Virus record (IMG/VR): IMGVR_UViG_3300014540_000001
Coordinates: 1 to 6,175 of that record
Length of the DNA stretch: 6,175 nucleotides
Direction: 5' to 3' (one strand)
DNA from: a virus
Under the pieces are notes generated by a model that searched no databases, had not been told where the DNA came from, and was given only the letters and a program-made list of their open reading frames with translations. Positions 4,619 to 6,175 of this stretch are shown here, piece by piece (positions within the stretch are counted from its first letter, which is position 1; each line of letters starts with the position of its first letter). Both the position numbers and the translations under genes were made by a program.

Positions 4619-5557
4619 TCTGGACTTTAGCCTTGCCTTGCGCATTTTGGCCAGTCTCTTCTTCTGTTTTTCCATTTCCCACTTTACAGGGTCTATTTTC
4701 CATACATTCTCGCTTATTCCTTGGTAATATTTTGTCAGATTTGTCCATTCTTCCTCGTTGTCCATGTTTACTCGCTCTCCGCCTATATATCTGTAACCTC
4801 TTTCCTGTTTTTCAATCCATAGTTTTTCCTTCTCTTCATCCGTATAGATATGGTTTCTGTAATATTGTGGCAGTGGTATTTCTGCCCCGCTTGGCAGTTT
4901 GTAATTTTCATTTGTTCCACGTGGAACATATTTGTTTCGTTTTGCATTGTAGCTTTTCCAGTATCCTCTGCCTATACCTTTGGAAGTTATTATTTTCCCT
5001 ATGAATTCAGGATTTTTTTCAGGTATTTTTAGCATGTATTTTGTGATGTAGTTGATGGTTTTTTCATTTACGTAATCACCCTTGTACCAGTACCCGTATT
5101 TCCAGTGCTTTAGCAGTGCAGGATTTCCCCATAGTATCCCGTGCATGTGTATTCTTTCGAAATCTTCTCCCAGTTCCGTTATGAACCAGTATTTGGGGTA
5201 TTTCCCTTCATTGTATTTTCTGTACAGTTCCATGTAATGTCTTAGTGCGTAGTAGCATATCATATTCAGTTCTTCGTAGCTTGGATTTTCCTTTATCGCT
5301 AGTTTGTTACTTATTTCTTTCAGCCGATAGTCTGAAAATGTGAAAGTTACGAAAGTCGCTGGAACTGTTGCATTTTTCATTTCTTCGTTCAGTCTGATAC
5401 ACCAGTTTCTTTTTTTTTCTTTACGGCATTCTATACAGACACCGCATGATGCTGGTACGTATCTCAGTCTTTCATCCTCGCATTTTGGTGGATTGTAACC
5501 GTTGTTCTTGTTTGGCAGATACTTTGGATTCAGTATATATTTTGTATATAGACACAT
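4607..5557 (-). CDS. VP4: Rolling-circle replication initiation protein VP4 (HUH endonuclease, phiX174 gpA-like), 316 aa.
   Basis: RCR motif 1 is FVTFTF (aa 69-74). The HUH motif is HMH (aa 137-139, nt 5149..5141, verified as CACATGCAC). The double-tyrosine motif is YITKY (aa 170-174, nt 5050..5036, verified). An N-terminal Cys cluster CGVCIEC is typical of microvirus VP4. ATG at 5557..5555 and TAA at 4609..4607. Confidence 0.93.
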   Translation of the reverse strand: MCLYTKYILNPKYLPNKNNGYNPPKCEDERLRYVPASCGVCIECRKEKKRNWCIRLNEEMKNATVPATFVTFTFSDYRLKEISNKLAIKENPSYEELNMICYYALRHYMELYRKYNEGKYPKYWFITELGEDFERIHMHGILWGNPALLKHWKYGYWYKGDYVNEKTINYITKYMLKIPEKNPEFIGKIITSKGIGRGYWKSYNAKRNKYVPRGTNENYKLPSGAEIPLPQYYRNHIYTDEEKEKLWIEKQERGYRYIGGERVNMDNEEEWTNLTKYYQGISENVWKIDPVKWEMEKQKKRLAKMRKARLKSRKLR

Positions 5558-5583
5558 AATTTTAAAATTTGGTTATAAAGAAT

Positions 5584-5644
5584 GAGAGGTCGCAAACCGC
5601 CTGCCTGGATGTTACTCCTCAGGAGGTCCGACCTCTCTTTTTTT
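5584..5644. terminator. Long-loop GC-rich hairpin flanked by an A-rich stretch and a T7 run. It looks like a terminator on the plus (antisense) strand and could act as a weaker attenuator on the gene-sense strand just upstream of VP4.
   Basis: gagaggtcg (5584-5592) pairs with cgacctctc (5629-5637): 9 bp with a 36-nt loop. T7 follows at 5638-5644. On the minus strand the stem is followed by ATTCTTTAT. An internal competing copy, gaggtccg, lies at 5623-5630. Confidence 0.35.
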
Positions 5645-5648
5645 ATAA

Positions 5649-5810
5649 CCCTAGCCGCGCGGCGATTGAGCGCCACATAGTAGCGAATTCTGCATAGCGC
5701 GTTAGGGATTGCAGGCGAGTATGCCCGCAGGGCATTTGTTTGAGCCGGAAAGCCCGACCCTTCAGGGTAACGCCCAAAATAAAAACATCGTGCGTGCGAT
5801 TACGCGTGCG
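5649..5810. other. GC-rich structured intergenic island B between the VP2 stop and the VP4 start.
   Basis: A composite stem pairs 5649-5653 plus 5656-5660 with 5697-5701 plus 5703-5707 (cccta..cgcgc / gcgcg..taggg). It encloses a hairpin pairing 5661-5664 with 5671-5674. There is a 10-nt palindrome gccgcgcggc at 5654-5663. A further hairpin pairs 5721-5726 with 5730-5735 (atgccc/gggcat). An imperfect hairpin at 5791-5810 carries the direct repeat gcgtgcg at 5792-5798 and 5804-5810. Hand count gives 68 G+C in 5641-5760 (57%). Confidence 0.6.
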
Positions 5811-5812
5811 CG

Positions 5813-6097
5813 TCATTTTTTATTGGCGAAGTACCTGATGATTGCCAATAGTAGCTTGCTGTATTTGCTGTCTGTTCCTAATTCATTTAGCAGGTCTCCG
5901 AATGCCTTGTCGTTCTTCAGATTCCAGTCCATTTCTTCGTATTTCTTGCTGCTGATTCTGTAGCCGTCTGTTTCTCCCTTGACTATTGCTTCAAGGTTGT
6001 TGAACAATGCTGTTATTTTATTCTGGTTGAAGTCCGCTTCGTCGAATTTCAGTCCCAGTTCTTTAAGTTCGGTTTTCAGGCCTTGCAGTTCTTTCAT
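5813..6097 (-). CDS. VP2: VP2, C-terminal 94 codons plus stop. In the linear window the same frame stays open up to 6175, which duplicates 1-78.
   Basis: Position 1 equals 6098, and 783-1+1 = 783 nt = 261 full codons. The next codon is therefore 6097..6095, the ATG that the ORF track used as the start of its 94-aa ORF. The two pieces are in the same frame. The stop is TGA at 5815..5813. Confidence 0.75.
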   Translation of the reverse strand: MKELQGLKTELKELGLKFDEADFNQNKITALFNNLEAIVKGETDGYRISSKKYEEMDWNLKNDKAFGDLLNELGTDSKYSKLLLAIIRYFANKK

Positions 6098-6175
6098 CCC
6101 GAAGAGTTGGCCGTAACTTAGCGTTGCTCCGTTTTCCTGGATTTCAGCTATTTCTCTTTTTATGTCATTCAGCCA
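6098..6175. repeat. Terminal redundancy, copy 2 (identical to 1-78).
   Basis: Same comparison as copy 1. The repeat begins immediately after ctttcat at 6091-6097. Confidence 0.95.

Noticed and set aside
4506-4748. Minus-strand 80-aa ORF overlapping the VP4 C-terminus in another frame and running through the 9-bp repeats (SPASPASPAS).
   Set aside because: It would have to traverse the GC-rich hairpin island. Its repeat peptide is a by-product of the DNA repeat. I found no slippery heptamer in the VP4 frame that could feed it by frameshifting. It is not excluded, but I cannot support it.
4522-5032. Plus-strand ORFs 4522..5004 and 4850..5032.
   Set aside because: They are antisense to VP4. The N-terminal (EAG)n stretch is simply the 9-bp repeat translated. 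The composition is typical of shadow ORFs.
5410-5418. An A9 homopolymer on the coding strand of VP4 (the KEKKRN region) as a programmed frameshift or slippage site.
   Set aside because: No substantial alternative-frame ORF follows it. It is more likely just Lys codon usage, though it is a plausible sequencing-error hotspot worth checking in the reads.
4457-5710. Colinear shared words between the two GC islands: cacatagt, gtagcga, agcgcg and agggatt, at 4457-4572 versus 5674-5710. These might suggest that the islands are diverged copies or flanking repeats of a mobile Rep cassette.
   Set aside because: For two regions of about 200 nt, roughly 0.7 shared 8-mers and about 3 shared 7-mers are expected by chance. 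I cannot show significance without a proper alignment.
5709-5963. Plus-strand 84-aa ORF starting in GC island B.
   Set aside because: Its second half is antisense to the VP2 C-terminus, and its first half lies in hairpin-rich non-coding DNA. It has no motifs, so I treat it as a shadow ORF.
5813-6097. The 94-aa ORF as an independent gene.
   Set aside because: Its ATG is simply an internal Met of VP2. The frame is open upstream through the circular junction (6098-6175 = 1-78) and on to the ATG at 783.

Overview
This window is one complete, circularly permuted genome of a small ssDNA phage of the family Microviridae. The unit length is 6,097 nt, because bases 1-78 recur exactly at 6098-6175. 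The sequence is written as the reverse complement of the gene-sense (viral) strand, so every credible gene lies on the minus strand.

Recognisable core genes:
- Major capsid protein VP1 (1229-3142).
- Rolling-circle replication initiator VP4 (4607-5557), with FVTFTF, HMH and YITKY motifs.
- A Gly-rich pilot/minor capsid protein VP2. It crosses the circular junction (783..1 joined to 6097..5813, 355 aa), so the supplied ORF track shows only part of it.

The VP1 N-terminal signature, A-rich leaders without Shine-Dalgarno sequences, and one full match to the Bacteroides promoter consensus (TTTG-N19-TAnnTTTG, 4139..4109) point to an Alpavirinae-like microvirus of a Bacteroidales host. This is an inference, not a database result.

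Between that promoter and VP1 sit four tightly coupled ORFan genes. One has a lipoprotein-type signal peptide with an LGGC lipobox, and I rate it the most interesting coding feature: a candidate lysis or superinfection-exclusion effector.

About 900 nt (roughly 15%) is non-coding, which is a lot for a microvirus, and it is highly organised:
- An extremely AT-rich block (about 18% GC by hand count) with four TGTTYATAACT repeats.
- Five helically phased TTATYAAC iterons, each one mismatch from a DnaA box.
- Two GC-rich (about 57-61%) hairpin islands that bracket the Rep gene.
- A 9-bp x5 tandem repeat overlapping the VP4 stop codon.

There are no rRNA, tRNA, CRISPR or transposase signals. All product calls rest on motifs I recognise by eye, and no searches were run.
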